64,000 bases of DNA from Octopus vulgaris (lineage: Eukaryota): assembly GCA_951406725.2 (NCBI GenBank), contig OX597814.1, positions 204,166,001 to 204,230,000 on the forward strand, given 5' to 3'. Positions 38,576 through 53,150 of this stretch are shown piece after piece (positions within the stretch are counted from its first letter, which is position 1; every line of letters begins with the position of its first letter). The position numbers were made by a program, and so were the translations under genes. Under the pieces are notes generated by a model, which was not told where the DNA came from, searched no databases, and saw only the letters and a program-made list of their open reading frames with translations.

Positions 38576-38702
38576 TTGGTTATGGCTGGTCAGGAAGTTA
38601 CAGTTGGTTTTACATCTATTATGCTCTCTTAGCAATATAGGTGACTCCTAAGCGCATAACTGGTGTGAAATCAATGGTAACTTCCTGACCAGCCATAAGC
38701 AA
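38576..38702. repeat. ~125-bp hairpin / small MITE-like element
   Basis: Perfect 22-bp TTATGGCTGGTCAGGAAGTTAC / GTAACTTCCTGACCAGCCATAA, with imperfect inner pairing. Confidence 0.85.
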
Positions 38703-38724
38703 CATACAGTGTCAAGAAATCTTC

Positions 38725-39083
38725 TTTTATCTTTTACTTGTTTCAATCATTAGACTGCAACCATGCTGGGGCACCACCTTGAAGAATTGACCACAGTATT
38801 TCTTCTTTAAGCCTGGTACTTATTCTATCCATCTCCTTTACCAAACCATTAAGTTATGGGTATGTAAACACACCAACACTGGTTGTTCAACAGTAGTGGG
38901 GAACAAACACAAAAACACACACACATATAAGACAGGCTTCTTTCAGTTTCCGCCTGCCAAATCATAAAGTTTTGGTCAGACCAAGACTATAGTTAGAAGA
39001 CACTTACCCAAGGTGCCACTCAGTGGGACTGAGCCCGGAACAATGTGATTGGGAAGCAAGTTTCTTACCACTCAGCCATGCCT
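38725..39083 (-). mobile_element. SINE family A (diverged); partial copy also at 38340-38550
   Basis: Reverse complement of 15918-16362. Confidence 0.8.
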
Positions 39084-40479
39084 GTTAACACTAATGGACT
39101 CAGTTTCTTGCTTACCCTGCTATTTCATAAGCTTTCCTTATATTTCTAAAAGATCCTCAGTTTCTCTGAACTAAATATCCCTGTACTTCCTCTATTTGAT
39201 ATATTGTCCCTCCTCTTCCAATAATCCCAACTGAATCATGACCTCATCTGACTATCCACTGGATCATATTGCCCATTCTATTTTCCCAAGATTATACACA
39301 ATGGATTAACAGAGTTGTTGGGGAGTTGAACAAAATACCATGTGGTATTTAGTTGCAGCCTTTATATTCAGAGCTCAAATCCCATCAAGGTCAACTTTGT
39401 CTTTCATCTTTGCAGAAGTTGATAAAATAAGATACCAGTCAACTGCTAGAGTCCATTTAATATTCTAATGAATCATGCTAGGTGTGAATAGAACTATAAT
39501 CAAAGAAGTTTAAAACCATACTTATACAGAAGTACCTCCAGGACTTTGTGACCCACAACATTATTCTAACATGCTGCTAAGTGCAATACTTTATCCAACT
39601 TACAACAGTCTAATCTGAACATTAATTATAATTACCTCATTATTTCAAATCACCAGGTTTAATGAGTGCAGCTGCCAAGAATTTTTCTTGAGATTAACAA
39701 TCACAAGTACCAAGATTAAAACCTTTCATATAAACAATGATTGTTTATAAATAGCCTCTCACTTCCGTCTTCATAATGTGTATCCTACTTAGGTGACAGA
39801 ATAATTCTATAACCGCATAGAATGGCCATATTAAACTCTATTTATTTATTTATTCATTCATTCATTCATTAATCCATTCATTCATTCATTCATTCCTGTT
39901 ATTTATTTTATTTTTTTATATTCAAGATATGAAAAACTTTATAAAAATATAAAAATAAATATTGTAAATAAATAAAATAAATATATAAAGGTAAAAATAG
40001 GTGTGGCTAAGAGGCTTTTCTTGCAATTATGTGGTTTCAGGTTCAGCCCCACCATATGATACTGAAGTTAAATGTCTTCTATGATAACCCCAAGTCAACC
40101 AATGCCTTGTGACTGAAATTAGTAGATGGAAATTGCAAGAAAGCTCATTATATTCACTTGCTTTATAAATTAAAGTTCGTTTTTCCATGCTAGCATGGTT
40201 TAGACTTATATATATAAAAATTACATGGACAATATAACATATGGAAAATTGAAACTAAATACCCCAAAGACATTGGTCCCCTCCAGAAGAACTTCTGTGC
40301 TCATCTGTACAACCAGTTCAGAGGGGGCACCCCTCAAACCACACCACATAACACTATGAAGGAGAAGGAAGTACAGTACCCCTCCTCAAAGAATAAAAAA
40401 AAATAGAAAAGAGTTTTAGCTGGAGGCTGGTGCTCAACCAACATCTCAAAGTAAACCTTTTCTTATGTACTTGTTCAAT

Positions 40480-43400
40480 GTAGATTGTATAAATGTACGT
40501 GGCCTGGGGTTGGATTGGAAGCAAAGCTACCTCCTTGAAGACCTCAGGTTGCATAGATTGGATTTAATAGTCACTACAGAAACCAGACTGAATGGACTGC
40601 AGGCTTTTTCTCCCCTCCTAAATAGTTATGAGGAATTTATTTCTGCATGTTAACCTGGAGTTGGAGGTGGAGTCACAATTCTACTCAGAAAAAATCTGGA
40701 TTTAGAGGCAAGAACTGTCTTTGTAGACCAGGGGGAAGGTTGGTCATCTTAGACGTGACGTACAACAGTGGTAAGTCCTTCAGGTTGGTGGGTACCTATG
40801 CTTCTTGCAGAACTGGGCAGCCTGACTATTTCAGAAGGCTAGAGAATTTTCTAGGAACATCGCATACTTTAGTGTTGTTAGGAGACTTTAACACAATCTG
40901 CAATGCACGTGTAGATTATGTTGGCTCAAACCCGGATAGAAGGGGAAACCTTTACTTCAGCGAAATCATTTTCAGCTGGCAAACCGATACAGACTGGATC
41001 ACCCAGACGTTCCATTCTGGATATGGGTGAGTAACAATGGATCTTCCAGATCTTATCTAGATAGGATTATTGTTAGAATTAAAGATAAGAACATAGCTAG
41101 TCGTCCACAACATCATATTGTCAACTAAAGTGATCAAAATTTGTGACTGGTAGGTTTGAATTAGTATGTGTAGTCAGGGACCTGTTTACTGGAAACTAAA
41201 CAGGTCACTTTTGGCCTGTGTAGCCTACAGGAACCGGATTAGGCAGTTAGTGATGGGGGCATTATCAGGTACCATTATTAACAACAAATGGTGGTATGCC
41301 CTCAAAAGAGTCATTAATTTGAGTCAATTAGATTTAATAAGGAGTTTGTTAGTAATAGAAATAGAATAGAAAGGGCTTTAGTTAAGGCTCTAGAAGAGAC
41401 AATGGGGTCAGGCTCTGCCTCCAGAGTTTTAGCTGTGAGGCTCTTACTCAACCAACATCTCAAAGCTAAATATGAAGGGAGCATTGTCAGAGCATTTCAT
41501 CCAGTTATGGGTGCTGGAGCATAGGGAGAACCTCACAGACGTCCTCGCCAGTTTGCTGCATGTCTTGAGATGGAAAGCAGAATGCTGTGAAGGGCTGATG
41601 CATAGCTGCAGATAAGGAGACATTTGAACTGCAGCAGGAACAAGTCATTCAGTAAACTAGATAGTCTCGAGGAACTGTATTAGGTAGTATTCATGAGCAT
41701 TTCATCCAGCTTTTCAGGATGGGTGTTGGGCTGGAGCATAGGGAGAACCTCACAGACGTCCTCGCCAGTTTGCTGCATGTCTTGAGATGGAAAGCAGAAT
41801 GCTGTGAAGGGCTGATCATAGCTGCAGAGGTGGAGGAGACATTGTTGAACTGCAGCAGGAACAAGTCAGCAGGACTAGATAGTCTCCCCTACGAACTGTA
41901 TTATAGTATACCAGAGCTGAAGATTTCGGCCAAGATGTTAGCAAAAAGGTTGGCATGGTAAAATCTGCACTGTCTTTGGCAGGTCTATTCATGACAATCT
42001 CCATCTTATCCGCTACACCTTAGAGAGGGTGAATAGAATTCAGACGACGGTCCTTGTGGCATCACCTTCATAAGTGAATCATATAGCAACATCGATTCAA
42101 TCGTTCAGGTGAACAGTTTCTTTTCCAGAACTATTCTGCATTGAGCATTTCGTTCATCAAGGATGTTCTCTCTCCCTGCTTCTGTATTTTTTGACCTTTG
42201 GGCACGGTACAAGTTGGAGGCTATGAGAGGCATCTCATGAGATCTAGGGTGTGGAAAATCAGTTTCAGTGTATGCAGACGACATCACTATCATTATATCC
42301 CGGATCAAACACCTACAGTAGGTAGGTAAGGCCATAAGAAATTACAAAGCGGTGGCAGGAGCAAAAATGAACTGGGATAAGTCGGTTGGCTTGCAACTCA
42401 GCACCTGGAGGGACAAGTCGATGCCACCCAACATCATGGGACGTTGGACAAATGGACTGGTTAAAATGCTAGGAGTCTGCTTTGGTCTGAACCTCCAGAT
42501 AGAGAAGAACTAGAGCGAGGTGGTGAGCAGGGTGGCTCTCCTAACTCAGACCTGGGCTGAGCAGAAGCTATCCCCGAAAGGTAGGGCAGAGGTTGAAGGT
42601 GTGTTTATTGCATCTGGAATTTCCTACCACCTGACCATCGTGCCTTGCCCAGATTTGTGACTGAACAAGTTGGAATGCATGCTCTTCTGCTTTTTGTAGA
42701 GGAGCAAGAGACCTCTTTTAAGGTGCTCTATTTGCTGCCAACAACCACTGAAGAGTGGGCTAGGAATGCCATGGCTAAAAGTGCACAGGCATGCACTGAG
42801 GCAGAGGCATTTCAAGCTCTACCTGGACGGTGAGCAGGTGTGGTCTCTGTTCATCAGGCTGTTTCTTTCACGGTTCACCTCTTTTAGTGAACTGAACCCG
42901 TGGATTAAGCGTAGACTGAAGTTGGGTGTTTGGCAAGCAGAGTGCTATCAGGCACTCATGCTCCTCTCCCAGGCAGGCAACACTGGTGGCTAGAGTTCCA
43001 CCTCATCGTTTTATGGAGGGTTGGTATCAAGTGTGATGATGCCCTAGGAGAAACTCTGGACTTCGATTACAGTCAACTTGCTGGCCTGTACCAGAGAACA
43101 TTTGAGCCAGGGCCTATGGATAATTACTAGATGTCCCTGGCATGGCAGTGTTACCGAGGAGCCATACCTGTTTGGGATAAACTCTACAGACATAGTTCTT
43201 CATCCATGCCAACATGCCCAAGATGTGGGCAGAACAGTGAAACTGTTCTGCACACAAAAGTGTTCGAAGATTTCGGAGCTATGGTTTTATGTCGAGCAAC
43301 TGTTGTCATGTCTGAGAAGAGTACAACTGTCATCCATCTATAATTAAGATTGTTCCACTGACTTCTCTGAACAGGGAAGAGTAGGCTTATTTCCTCTGAG

Positions 43401-43810
43401 TAGTGGCTATTCTGAAGGAGGTAGTATGGAAGACGCAAGTGAAAGGAATTGTGATGGGCATCTTCATCTCCAGCCTTGGGTTGCTTAACTTTTTCCTTTT
43501 CCACCTGAAAAGGAAAATAAGGCTGGAGAGGAGATGCTTGTCGCAAAGGGCATTCAAGAAAAGACGGAAGATTGTTGCAAGCATGCTGAGAGTGAATGAA
43601 CCTACTTGAGTGAGAACAAAAGGAAAAAAAACAATTTCAGTGTTGGTACATGGTGTGTGGGGTTTGCCACATCCCTCACTCCATTCGGTTTTAACCCACT
43701 CGAATTTCATATTTTTCATTTATTCTTAACTATATGTCTAACTTCAGGTTGTTGATCATTCTGTCTCTGTAACATCCTCTCTTTGTGTAGGCCAACTTGG
43801 TTAAATAAAA
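40480..43810 (+). mobile_element. Tx1/L1-group LINE ORF2 pseudogene (APE endonuclease, RT, C-terminal Zn motif)
   Basis: INVRGL, DLIVTTETRL, LVLLGDFN, SYLDRI, YWKLN, KSAGLDSLPYELY, KISAKMLAKRL, SVYADDITII, NWDKS, CPRCGQNSETVLH. Many disruptions; AATAAA at ~43804. Confidence 0.9.
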
Positions 43811-45366
43811 GTTCAGTTTAAACTTATATATTATTGAGGTATTGCTTTACTTTTAGAGGTCTTCCTGTTGCTAACCCTTATCTGTCTTCCAAGTGAAGTA
43901 ATATTTCCAAATGGCCAGACATGTTTCCATGGGCAATTGGAGACAAATATCACCATGAATCTTGTTGCAACTATTATGTAATGTCAAGACAATAAGACAC
44001 AAACACATACATGTGCATGCACACAAGCATATACAACAGGCTTTTTTCAGTTTTTATTAACCAAATCAAATCACAAAGTTTTGGTCAACTTCGGACTATA
44101 ATAAAATCCACTTGCCCAAAATGCAACACAGTGGAACCAAACGCGAAATCAAGTGATTTGGAATGTGTGTGTGTGTGTATTTATGTGAACATGTGTGTAA
44201 GTAAATTTCATTTCAGGATGTTTTCATTTGCTCTGTTTAAACAAAATATGGTGATATTGTTTTTCTTCTGCACAAGGAATGAAAAAAATACCTTCGTTGA
44301 AAAAAAAGTCAACAACAGAAAGAGAATCCAGCCATAGAAGATCAGACTCAATATATTTGCATTTAACCCATGCCAGCTTGGAATAACAGGTGTGAAAAAC
44401 GATGATGAGAATGATTTTTGTGAGTCATACCTGACCTTCTTTTGTTCAGGCAATGATAGATCATCTATATAGTCACTAAATCTGCTAGGAGTGGCAACCA
44501 AATCTCCCTTTAAATAACATCCTTTCCATTTTGAAAAAAAATAGAAAGACACATTTGATTAGATAGTCCTAGATACACTGCCTGAAAAAGACAGGAATGG
44601 TCATTACTGAAATGCTTTTGATAATAGATCTGCTTCATTTGGAGTTGACCTAGGGCTAACTAACAACATTCTTTTGTTATGAAATCTTATAAACAATAAA
44701 GATTTAAGTATTGGTGATATCATATCTGTGTAAAATCAGGAAAGATTTTACACAGATATAACTTTAGATAGCATGAGCTTGTTGCTTAAATACTTCAAGG
44801 TAATCTATCAACTAGAAAGTCACTACACTGACACTTGGCCTGCTAGACATGACAGCCTAATATCCTGCAGACTACTCTGTACTATTTTCAAAAAGGGAAA
44901 GAGAAGATACATTAAATATTGTAGATCTAGATGCAAATGCCTAATGATGGCATGAGAAGGCTATGGATTGAAGGCTTTTGATGATATATCTGCATTGTCA
45001 TGACTGATCTAAAACTAAACAAAATCCCCCAAATAATTATTAAGTCCAAGAGGGGGCTTTATCCAGTGGAGGAAGGGGCAGTGTGCATGATCTTTGAATG
45101 CCCTCCTAGATTGAAGATTTTGTCATTTAATCTACCTCTTGAATCTTTGTAAGGTAACACTTGCAGGAAAGATTTGAGGAAGAAGAAAATTCCATAAGGT
45201 CAACATTCGGGAAAGGACAGACTGGATATAGTGACAATTGATTGCCCTAAGAGGAGGGGTTGAACACAAAAGTAACGAGATGAAGAATAGAAATAGAAAT
45301 AGCAACCAAGTTCCCCTTCAAATCACATCCTGCCTATCTCAGGAAAGAAAAATATATTATAGGTAT

Positions 45367-45522
45367 AGGAGTGGCTGTGTTTTAAGTAGTTTGCTTACCA
45401 ACCACATGGTTCCAGGTTCAGTCCCACTGAGTGGCATCGTGGACAAATGTCTCCTGCTATAGCTTTGGGCTGACCAAAGCCTTGTGAGTGGATTTGGTAG
45501 ATGGAGACTGAAAGAAGCCCAT

Positions 45523-45555
<33 letters not shown>

Positions 45556-45782
45556 ATGCACGCGTGCGTGTGTGTACGTTTGTGTGTCTGTGGTTATCCC
45601 CTCACCATCACTTGACAACCAATGCTAGTGTGTTTACATCTCCATAACTTAGCAGTTCAGCAAAAGAGACTGATAGAATAAGCACTAGGCTTACAAAGAA
45701 TAAGTCCTGGGGTTGATTTGTTCAACTAAAGGCGGTGCTCCAGCATGGCCACACTCAAATGACTGAAACAAGTAAAAGAGTA
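45367..45782 (+). mobile_element. SINE family A, full length
   Basis: Co-linear with 15918-16362. Confidence 0.88.
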
Positions 45783-47788
45783 GATAATATGGTTCTAGGA
45801 GTACAATGCCAAGGAAAAAGATGGGATGGTCACAGGTAGAATGTCTTTGATCATGGAACTGCACAACCAGGACTGACCTGGGACTGAAGAACAACAAAGT
45901 AGCGCTCCTTTCCTGTTATCCCAACCTCTCCACAGTTGTGGAAACTTCACAATGAATATGAAACTCAATAACAAAAGAGTCACCATTGCTCATTTTATTA
46001 GATATAGCAGTTAAACTCCTAAAATCACACCTTATTAAGTGTGTACTGTGTGATGCATATCCAAGGAAGATGGTAAATTTTTTTTTTTCATAATTTAGGG
46101 CTCCTATCTGTCACTGTTCACTATACATATACAAGCTCTGATTAGGGTTTTTTGAGGAAAAAATGTCCATGTTTATCAAAGGGAAAAGCTACTGACTTAG
46201 GTCGATACAGTTTGGTGCCATTGTCATTAAAGGCATTGCTGTCAAAGAACAGTCAGAACAGATAATGCAAGGCATCGTTTTCAACCCTCTAAACATCATC
46301 ACCACCACCACCACCACCACCATCAGCAGCAGCAGCAGCATCTTCATCATCATAGTTGTCATCATCTTTGTCTTAGTCCTCCTCCTCCATATATCATCTT
46401 CATCATCATCATCATCATCATCATTTAATGTCCATTTTGCATTATAGCATCTGCTTGATGATTCAACATGATCCAATGAACAGCAAAACTGCATCATGCT
46501 TCAAAGTCTGCTTTGCCATGGTTTCTACAGTGGGATGCCCTGCCTAATGCCAACTGCAAAACCATTGATATTTCATTTTATTAAATCCAGAAGAATGAAA
46601 ACAAAGCTATCCTAGGCAGGATATGAAATCAGAACATAAATATAACTAAAAACAGTGTAACATTTTGTCAGGATCACTATGAGTCCTGCTGATCCCCTGC
46701 TCCCTATTGTTTAGATATTAGTACAGAGCCACAAATTAAGCTGACCCTAGTATATGACTACTGGGTATTTTTATCAACCCTAAAATGATAAAAAAATTAA
46801 TATTAAGTACAAGAGCTATCAATGGTTATTCAACAATATAAATGTTAGTGGTTTAAAGACAATAGTTGCATCTCTAAAGCAGCAACATAATATCCAGAGT
46901 TACTGATGTAGAAATATTACTAAATTGATCGTAATAATCAATTCTTTTCATGATCTTTCTTGCAGAATTCCAAACCATTACTGGATTCCTTGCATAGTGT
47001 TAATGCCAGCAATGCAGTGCAGTGAAATAGCTGAACGAAGAAGACATTCAGCTATTTTGCTGAAGCCGTTCAAAATTGAACTATAAATCTTTCTCGTATT
47101 TAATCCATGGCAATTATTTTAGAAAAGAAGGTTAAAAAGATAGCAATGAAAGTTTTTTTTTGTTTTGATTATTCCTTTCTATTTGTAGGTTATTTGTTTC
47201 TTCTCAGATATCTGGTAATCTAATACAGCAGCATTTATGAAGAATCTAAAGGAGGGGAAAATGGAAGTGATAAAGTGACTAAACTTCCTAAAAAAATGTT
47301 CAACACACACACTAACACAAACACACACACACTAACACAAACACACACACACTAACACACACACACACTCTCTCACACGCACAAACATACACACAGGGAA
47401 TGATGTGTGTAGAAAAGAAATTCAAGAGGGCTGATGTTCTGGGTAAAAGAACTGGACATAGTAGGTGGTGGTGGTGAACACAATATGTGTGACAAGAAAA
47501 GGAGTGATGAGTGACTCGGGTAGTGCTTGAGTGGAGATGATTCTGTTTGGTGGACTGGGAATAATAATGTTATCTTGATAGGCATGGTAACTGTGTCTTT
47601 GTATTGTTAGAGTGGCATAACCCTGCTGGAAATGTTTCCAAGGTCTCTGTTCAAGGACTCAATAGCCAATTAAGGTTTAGCATAAGGTTGTATGTAGATG
47701 GTGCATTGGTGCAGAAATATTAGGAGAAATGAAGGGTGTTATCATCTGTGCAAGAGTGACAAGATGATATCTAGTAGGTTATTGAGGT

Positions 47789-48362
47789 ATACAAGATAGT
47801 ATCAAAAAGTTCCCAGACTAGTTCTGAAGTGCACCAACAGATGGCAGTACACAGTTGCAAGCGCAATGATGACCCATCCTTCATGTTGAGGATCATCACT
47901 GGTGAGGAGAGTTAGATCTACAGGTATGACCCTGAGAGGAAGCAGCAGTTGTCACAATGGAAGAGGCCTTCACCTCCACAACCAAGGAAGGCATGACACA
48001 GCCACAGCTCACTCAAGAGCATGCTCATCGTATTTTTTTTCAGCATTATGTATTGTGCATTGAGAATTCATTCCCCAGGCCCAGACTGTCAATCAAGAGT
48101 TCTACTGTGACATTTGAGGGAGGACATTCAGCAAAAGTTGCTGGATCTGTAGAGCATGAAGAATTGGATTCATGACAACAATGCACTCTGTCACCAAGCT
48201 CTTCTCACTCATGGGTTTCTCACCTAAAACAACATGGTATCACTTCTGCACTCACACTATTCACCCAATTTAGCACCTCAAGATTTCTATCTCTTCCCCC
48301 AAGATGAAAAGGCAGCTCAAAAGGTGCCAATTAGGTAAATAAGTCTTGGAATTTTTTGATTC
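47789..48362 (+). mobile_element. Internally deleted mariner (different subfamily from the 13.7 kb copy)
   Basis: TIR-like atcaaaaagttcccagact / agtcttggaattttttgat. DPSFMLRIITGEES*IYRYDPERKQQLSQW, HDN, HYSPNLAPQDFYLFPKMK. Confidence 0.88.
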
Positions 48363-48534
48363 TGTAAGAGTGCAGAGAACAAAACTAAACCTTCGGGTCA
48401 CACTAAAGTTAATAAAGTGTATTATTTTGTAAATATACCTTTACATGAATATACCATTATATAAACTTGCCATTATAATATATGAATATACCATTATGTA
48501 ATTGTACCAATATATAAATATATCAATATGTACT

Positions 48535-48923
48535 ATTACTCTTTTACTTGTTTCAGTTATTTGACTGTGGCCATGCTGGAGCACTGCCTTAGTCGAGCAA
48601 ATCGACCCTAGGACTTATTCTTTGTAAGCCTAGTACTTATTCTATCAGTCACTTTTGCCGAACCGCTAAGTTACGGGGACGTTAATACACCAGCATCGGT
48701 TGTCAAGTGATGTTGGGGGGACAAACACAGACACACAAACATATGCACATACACATACATATATATGACAGGCTTCTTTCAGTTTCCATCTACCAAATCC
48801 ACTCACAAGGCTTTGGTCGGCCTGAGGCTATAGTAGAAGACACTTGCCCAAGGTGCCACATAGTAGGACTGAACTCGGAACCATATGGTTGGTAAGCAAG
48901 CTACTTACCACACAGCCACTCCT
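48535..48923 (-). mobile_element. SINE family A, full length
   Basis: Reverse complement of 15918-16362. Confidence 0.88.
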
Positions 48924-51900
48924 ACATATCATTATATAACTGCATCATTATTTAAATCATCATATATTTATATAATAGTTTATATAATGATGCATCATAA
49001 TTTAATGTCCATTTTCCATGCTGGTGTGAATTGAACTGTTTGACAGGATCCAGTGAGTTACAGGGCAGCACCAAATGGCTGTCTCAGCTTTGGTACAGTT
49101 TCTACAAGTGGATGCTTTTCCTAATGCCAACCACATTACAGTGTGTTCTGGTGCTCTTTTTATGCCACCAGCACCAGTGAGGCTGCCATGTAACTTGTTT
49201 GACAGAAAAGGAAAAAGGAAAAGGAAAAAGCTCCTGCTACTAATAAACAGTGTTGGGGAGAGAATCTGAGAGAGGAAAGTGGCTTTATACCAGGTGTTGA
49301 AAGGCTAAAATATTTTAAAGGGACAAGCATATGTATCTTGTTATAGGGGAGGTACATGGCTACCCTACATTTTACATAAGGGTGGTGTGAGTAGTTAAGA
49401 AGGAGATAAAAAGAGGTAGTAGTAGCATGCCAAAGCAAACTCTCAAGGTATAAGGAAGTGAGCATAAGAGAAAATATGAACAGTAGGTGATGGGGAAGGA
49501 AGGGAGAGTGGATACTTGCAATAAGCATGTGAGGGGAGAGTAACAGGTGCTTAAAGATGGGAACAGAGGTGAATGTAGTAAGTGATGAAGAAGGGTAGAG
49601 GTGTTGTTGATTGGAAATATCAGTATGAAGAGATGTGAGGTGGGAGAGATGAAAGTGACTCAGGAAGGAGAATAGATCAGAAGGGAGAGGAATAATGTGC
49701 AAGGTGTAGGAGTGGTGAGGAGGGAGATGTAGGATACATGAGTGTGGTTATAATGAGTGGGCATGATAGTGGATATGGTAGGATGCAGAACACCAACAGC
49801 CATTTCCAGTCAGGCAAGTGATTTGATTTGAGATTGTTGAAACTAAAACAAGTTATTAAAGCTTGGAAGACAGATATTAGCCATTCAAAAACTCACAAAC
49901 TCTTAACTTCAATTCAATTAATCATTTATTATTTGGTGTCCAAATTTTTATCGCACCAACTGGTTACTGACAGTGATTCTACTGCATGCACACACACACA
50001 CACACACAAACACATGCACATACAAGCACACACACACACTTACACACACACACACATTTTCTCTCTCTCTCTCACACACACACACTTACACACACACACA
50101 CATTTTCTCTCTCTCACTCACACACACACACACTCTCTTTCTCTCACTCACACACACACATTCTTTCTCTTTCCCTCTCACTCACACACACACACACACA
50201 CACACACATTTATATATACAAATGCAAATGGATTGACATAATCCCATATAGGTTTTGACATTGAGTACTGTTTACTCATTGAATTAGCACATAAGTAACT
50301 CAGTATTTCACTGGCACTCAACTCTTAACATAAATCCATCAGAAACAATGACATATTTAATTACAGGTAATTACAGTCCATTTAACAAGTTTCCACCAAA
50401 CCTTGTACCAAGCTGGGCCAATGATAAAAGACACCTACCTATGAGATCATGTAGTGGGATTGAACATAATACCTCATACCTCATGCATGCAAAACAAGCT
50501 TCATACCTGTGTTCCTTTGTACCCCACCTCACATACATATGCACACACACACACACACACACACAAAGTAATAGTAATATGCAGTGATTCAGTCTGGCTG
50601 GAACTCTCTGCACCAAATACATAAGCATTTACTAATTATCCACAATAATTGTCTGTAAATGTTGAAGAATTTTCAGCTGTTAAAGAAAGCTTCATTTGTA
50701 TTGAAGCCAATCTGGTGGTTATATAACAGTAGGTATTTGTCTGTCTCTCTCCCTCTCTTTTTCCCTTTTTCTCTCTCTCTCATTTTGTTTCTACTTGTAT
50801 TTTGAATGTCGCTGAATAGGTAACTGTGTTAGAAGTTATTAGAGAAAGTATGTTTATTTGCAGCAAATGTGTTGCTGATAGCAGAGAAGAAATACATGAG
50901 TGCAACAATGCAGATAAACCTCAAGCAAATAGATAAGCAGTGGCTAGAAATTGTCCTTTTTATTTTTATGCTTTTGTCTGGAGGAGGAGGAGGAGGAGGA
51001 GGAGGAGTCAATAACTTTTGCTGGTACAGGACTACTGGTGATGTTTGCTGACCCAGGATCATTTGCTCCTTTCCAAGTCCATTGAAACTATCGATGTCCA
51101 GTTTGAATGTCTGTCAGTTGATGTTTGTAAGCAAGAGGGAATTCAAGAGAGAAAACATTCTGGGGAAGAAGGAGTGGGTGGGAGTTTAGTGGAATGAGAC
51201 ACAGTAGGGGTGATGTAAGGAGAAATCTGATGAAGCAGTTGGTTGTGGAAGATGGTGTTACGTAATTAGTTGAGATGAATATAGACCAGTGAGAGGTGTA
51301 TAAGCCATTGTAACAGCAATTCCATTGTTGTTACAATGCAGAGAGAAAAAGTGGAATGTGTAGTGCATAGGTGAATGAGGAATTGGTGAGTGAAAATTTT
51401 AAGGGATTTGTGTTGAACTAAACATGATCTGAGTACAATAAAATGTTAAACTACATTTACCCTGTATCTGGAACAATACTGTGGCCAAACACATATAAAC
51501 ATCTCAGACCAGATCTAGATGAACTTCCTACCCCTATGACCAATCATCAAAGAGTCAATCACTCACCAATTCACATCAATTTTTAGCTCACAGACACACA
51601 GTCTTTTCACTCTGAGTTTTTTACTTCTACTACTACTGCCTCTGCTCCTGTCAACCCCACACAAACAAATCAACTCATTACCCATACTGTATTACCCTGA
51701 TCCAAACTCTGCACTAACCACAATAATCAGTCCTTTTCTTCCTTGTTTTTCCCTGTAGTCATCAACTTGCAGATATTTAAGCAAAACAACATCAATCACA
51801 CCAATCTCATTAGTCTTGAAGGACCTACACATGTCATGGATTCACCAATTTGAGTGTGTAAGAGTTATATAGACCAATACATTCATAATAAAGAGTTACA

Positions 51901-52583
51901 GATATTAATACATTAAGTCATAAGTCATAAAAAATTATCTTAGTTAGGAACTGGCATTTCTGTTAGTCTAACACTGTAGTTCTTAATATTTTTGACTTCA
52001 TGACATATTGGATATCAGACAAAAAATTTCTGTCGTTCTCTTTTTCTTTTTTTAATTTTTTATTCAGGAGGAACAGCAGTGCCCATGGCCCTTTACAGGT
52101 TCTCAAAGACTGGTGTGAGGCAGGGAAGAATGAAGATATCCTCAAAATGTTTGCCACAGAGTGAACTTTGCTAAAAGAATTCATGGTACAAGATGGTAGT
52201 ACTGAACCAAGCAATGATGAAATAATCCTACTACCCAAGCAGGTCATGGCAGGATCTGAACTCAGAGTAAAAAAAGATCAAGAAAATATTATAAGGCATC
52301 TGGTTCAATTTTCTTACAGTTCAGTCAATTCACTATCCTGGATTGATACTTCTTTCTTGGCCTCATAAGGATGAAAGGCAAAAGTGATCTTGGCAGGATT
52401 TGAACTCAGAGCAAATAGAGTTGATAAGGAAGTTAAAGAAAAAAACTTTTAAACCTAAAAAAATATTTCAAAATGTTGACTGCTTTGTTTTCATAATCAT
52501 ATTTGTGCATAACAATTCTAAATAACATGTTTTTAAACATATCTATTCATTCTTTATATGTTCTGGTAGATTCAAATTTGACA

Positions 52584-53150
52584 ATCTGATCACTGTTAAT
52601 CATTAGAGAATCCTCCTCTCTTTAAGATGATGTGTGTTCACAACACATGTGATTTACATATGTAAGGGGACTTTGAGAGATCACAGGGTTTTGACTTCAT
52701 TGTGTGTCTCCTCAGTCAAAGCTAATGGGTCCTATGAGATCAATGAATCTAACAAAAGCATGAGGTCTTGTTTATAGAAATTAGCAAACACATGATTTTT
52801 TTGAAGAGTGCTGATGTCTGCTAAACAGATTATAATTCCTGAGATGCATGCAGAACAGCAGAGTCTAAACAATAATGTATCTACCACAGGAGAACATTTT
52901 CTCCCTTTAGAGTGTGTTCATTACACACATGATTCACCAGTGTAAGAAGACTTTGAGACACCATGGTGTTTCAACCTCTTGTTAGATTCCTCATTGTGGT
53001 TGGTTAGCTTTGACTGAGAAGATACACAATAAGGTGAAAACACTGCTGTGTCTTAAAGTCCTTTTCATCAGTGAATCACAAGTGTTATGGACACATATCA
53101 TCTACAGCAAGGAGATGTTATCCAATGACAATGAACAATAGTGATCAGAT
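52584..53150. mobile_element. Fold-back / MITE-like element with long imperfect inverted repeats
   Basis: atctgatcact...ctcagtcaaagctaa / ttagctttgactgag...agtgatcagat; an internal direct sub-copy lies at ~52900-52970. Confidence 0.75.

Noticed and set aside
44722-44759. Perfect 16-bp hairpin as a terminator
   Set aside because: Eukaryotic context, AT-rich stem and no U-tract; likely a local inverted micro-duplication.
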